Assembly: GCF_009914755.1 (NCBI RefSeq)
Contig: NC_060929.1
Length of the DNA: 64,000 nt
Direction: 5' to 3' (one strand)
Source: the human T2T-CHM13v2.0 reference genome, Homo sapiens
Every line of letters starts with the position of its first letter. Within the stretch, counting starts at the first letter, position 1. The notes under the pieces are model-generated. The model did not search any database. It was not told the DNA's origin and saw only the letters and a program-made list of their open reading frames with translations. The translations under genes and the position numbers were made by a program. This document shows, piece after piece, positions 61,385-64,000 of the stretch.

Positions 61385-61582
61385 CAGCAACCCTCTCTAA
61401 TAGAATGTTCTGTAGTGGTGGAAATGCTGTATACTAGCTACTAGCCACATGTGATATTGAGCACTTGAAATATTACCAGTTTAACCAAGGAACTGAATTT
61501 TTAAAATTATTTCAGTATATTTAATTTTAATTTCAATAAGCACATTGGGCTAATGGCTATCATATTGGACTGTATAGTTCTA
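61385..61582. mobile_element. MER3 hAT MITE
   Basis: TCTAATAGAATGTTCTGTAGTGGTGGAAATG…CTAGCCACATGTG…GGCTAATGGCTATCATATTGGAC. Confidence 0.8.
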
Positions 61583-61903
61583 CAGATCTGTAAGAACAAT
61601 GAACTGAAAATAGTAAGAGCAAGGTAGCACATTGCTGACTCTCCCACCAAAGTGGACCAAAGGATGCAAACAAACTTCATAATCTTCTCCATATATCTTT
61701 CTGGCCTTCTTACTATCTACCCTGCCCTTTTGAGAGTACAATGGCATGGAGACGAAAAAGAATAATCATGTATGGGGGCAGACTGTGTGCTATTTATAAT
61801 TATAAGCTCTTGTTAACTAGGTGCTGTTGATAAATATGTGTGGTTTCAGTCTTTAGGTATGCAATTACTTCTGCCAGAATGTTCTTCAGGCTTCTGTATA
61901 CAG

Positions 61904-63286
61904 CAGCAATATCTAGAGTTTGGTCCGTGGAACCCTGAGGGTTCTTAGGATCCCTTCAAGGGTTCCAGGAAGTCAAATATATTTTCAAAATATACTATGA
62001 CATTATTTGGCTTTTTCTGTATGCTGACATGGTACTGATTTTATGTGATCCATGGTAGATTAAACAGCACCAATCAAGACAGTGGCGCAGAAATACATAC
62101 ATCATTATTGTAGTCTTCACAGCCAGGCACTTACAGCTTTTTTTAAAAAAGAAAATTTTATTCAAGAATGTCTTTAATGAGGCTATTAAGATTATAAATT
62201 TTATTAAATTTTGACTCAATTATTGAACTTAAAAATATGCTGTATGACAAAAGGGGAAATACAAATAAAGCACTTAGGCTGGGCATTAAAAAACAGTGGT
62301 TATTCCAAAAACACTGTGCAATTGAGTTGTGATCTGAACATCATTTTTACTCAAAGGAATAACTGAAAATTGTTATTCAGAATTGGGAGTTTGGCAGACA
62401 TTTTCTGGAAAATGAACAAAGTGACCCTATCACTCCAAAAAAACAAATTATTGATGTTATACACAACCAAGGATAACATTTGAGCTTTCACAGGAAAATT
62501 TGAATATTGAAAAACTTCTATTTTCCACTGTGAGCTTGAGTGTTTCTCAGTACTTAAAGACCTTTCTGAGAATATTGGTAATGATATTAATGGATGTGAT
62601 TTTTATAGTGTATAATGAAATGTGTCAAAATTTTGAAATTCTAATTCTGCATAATTCCACAAACAAATATTTTTCAAATGATCAGTATATAATGGTTTAA
62701 AGATAAACTATTAAAGTGCAGGACAGACCAATTGATTTTAATGAAACGGGCAGGGTAAAATAAGGTTACTGATACAGTTTCAGAATGCACATTACAATGA
62801 ACATGTAAGAACTTACTACTACTTGAGTTTTAGTGTAATACTATTTTTAGTTATCTGAAAACACTGTTATTTTCCCTTGTTCAATTATATACCTGTATGA
62901 GGTGGGACTTTCTTTACATATGTCAAGCAAAACAATATTCTGCAACAGATATAATACAGAGCAGATATGAGAAACCAGCAGTGTTAACCAGACATTAAGA
63001 AGATTCACAAAATTGTAAAACAATGATATTCTTCAAACTCATATCACTGATTTATTTGAAAATATTGCAACTTTTTATAAAAGAAAAATATGTTTTAATG
63101 TTAGCATGCAGTGATTTTTATTTATCTGTAAGTGAATAAACAAAAATATGTTGTAAATTTTGGTTTTAATTTACAATATAGTAGATATAGGTAAATATAA
63201 TGCATGTAAGCAGAAGAATTTTGGCTCCCTCAGTTACATTTAAGAGTATAAAATTGTTCTGAGACCAAAAAGTTTGAGGACCACTA
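61904..63286 (+). mobile_element. Charlie1a (hAT) near full length
   Basis: 5' TGGTCCGTGGAACCCTGAGGG…GTCAAATATATTTTC, a decayed transposase, and 3' CTGAGACCAAAAAGTTTGAGGACCACT followed by CTCTAGAA. Confidence 0.88.
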
Positions 63287-63726
63287 CTCTAGAAATATTT
63301 TATGCATTTTGCAGGACCTCAGTCTTAAAAAGCCTTTTCCTGACTCCACAGCTGCTCATTCCTTGTTCTTTGTTAGTATAGCAATTTGTGTAAATGTTAC
63401 TTTGAATGTGTTCACATTGTATGAGAGAGAAACAAAGTTGGAAGCAAGCAGACAGAAACATACACAGGTGGAATTAAGCAGTGGCCCTTTGTATAAAGTG
63501 GAAACAATCACATGTTTATTAACAATAGACAGGGAAAATTAAAAGAAAATAGTGGAACAATGAAAGAGGAGAATTTGACAGGTTTATTTAAGAGTCCTAG
63601 CTGTGAAGAAGAGCCAAGGTAAAATAATTACCCATGGAAAGGAACAACTGCATTGTTATCTACACTGAGATACGTTAGTATTGATAAAAATTCAGCATTG
63701 GTGAAATGAAAACTAAGAATGGTAAG

Positions 63727-63927
63727 TGCTATGTTCTGAATGTTTGTGTTCCTTCCCTTTCCCCAGAATTATTTTATTGTATGCTAATCTCTAAGGTGGT
63801 GGAATTAGGAGGTAGACACTTTGGGAGATGAGATTAATGTCCTTATGAATGAGGCATTAAAGACCACTTACCCCTTCCACCATGTAAAGACACAGCTAGA
63901 ATGTTCCATTTATGAGCCAAAAAGTGA
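63727..63927 (+). mobile_element. MLT1A-family LTR fragment
   Basis: TGCTATGTTCTGAATGTTTGTG…CCCCTTCCACCATGTAAAGACACAGCTAGAA. Confidence 0.7.
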
Positions 63928-64000
63928 TAATATCAGATCATTAATTATATGTAAAGAGAAATATATATTATTTCAATAATTAATTGTAGGCTCAATTTAT

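Overview
This is AT-rich, gene-poor primate DNA, very likely human because it carries a near-consensus AluYg6. I can support no protein-coding gene, RNA gene or prokaryotic system, and the ORF track comes from repeats or chance. Most of the window is layered transposable elements: Tigger1, MER47, Charlie1a, MER3 and MER5 DNA transposons, MIR and L2 relics, about 9 Alus, MLT1A/MST/THE1/LTR16/LTR33/MER57 LTRs, two complete THE1 elements and ERVL pol relics. There is also a 12-kb stack in which a full-length, ORF-disrupted L1PA3 sits inside a full-length L1PA8-like L1, itself inserted into the start of an MST LTR. The most interesting signals are structural: a probable L1 3' transduction carrying half an Alu (56101-56760), several locally templated insertions, a young and possibly polymorphic AluYg6, a cluster of DUX4-type motifs in MaLR LTRs, and one candidate minus-strand exon. 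I found no convincing new biological system. Subfamily names come from recalled consensus sequences and need RepeatMasker/Dfam confirmation.
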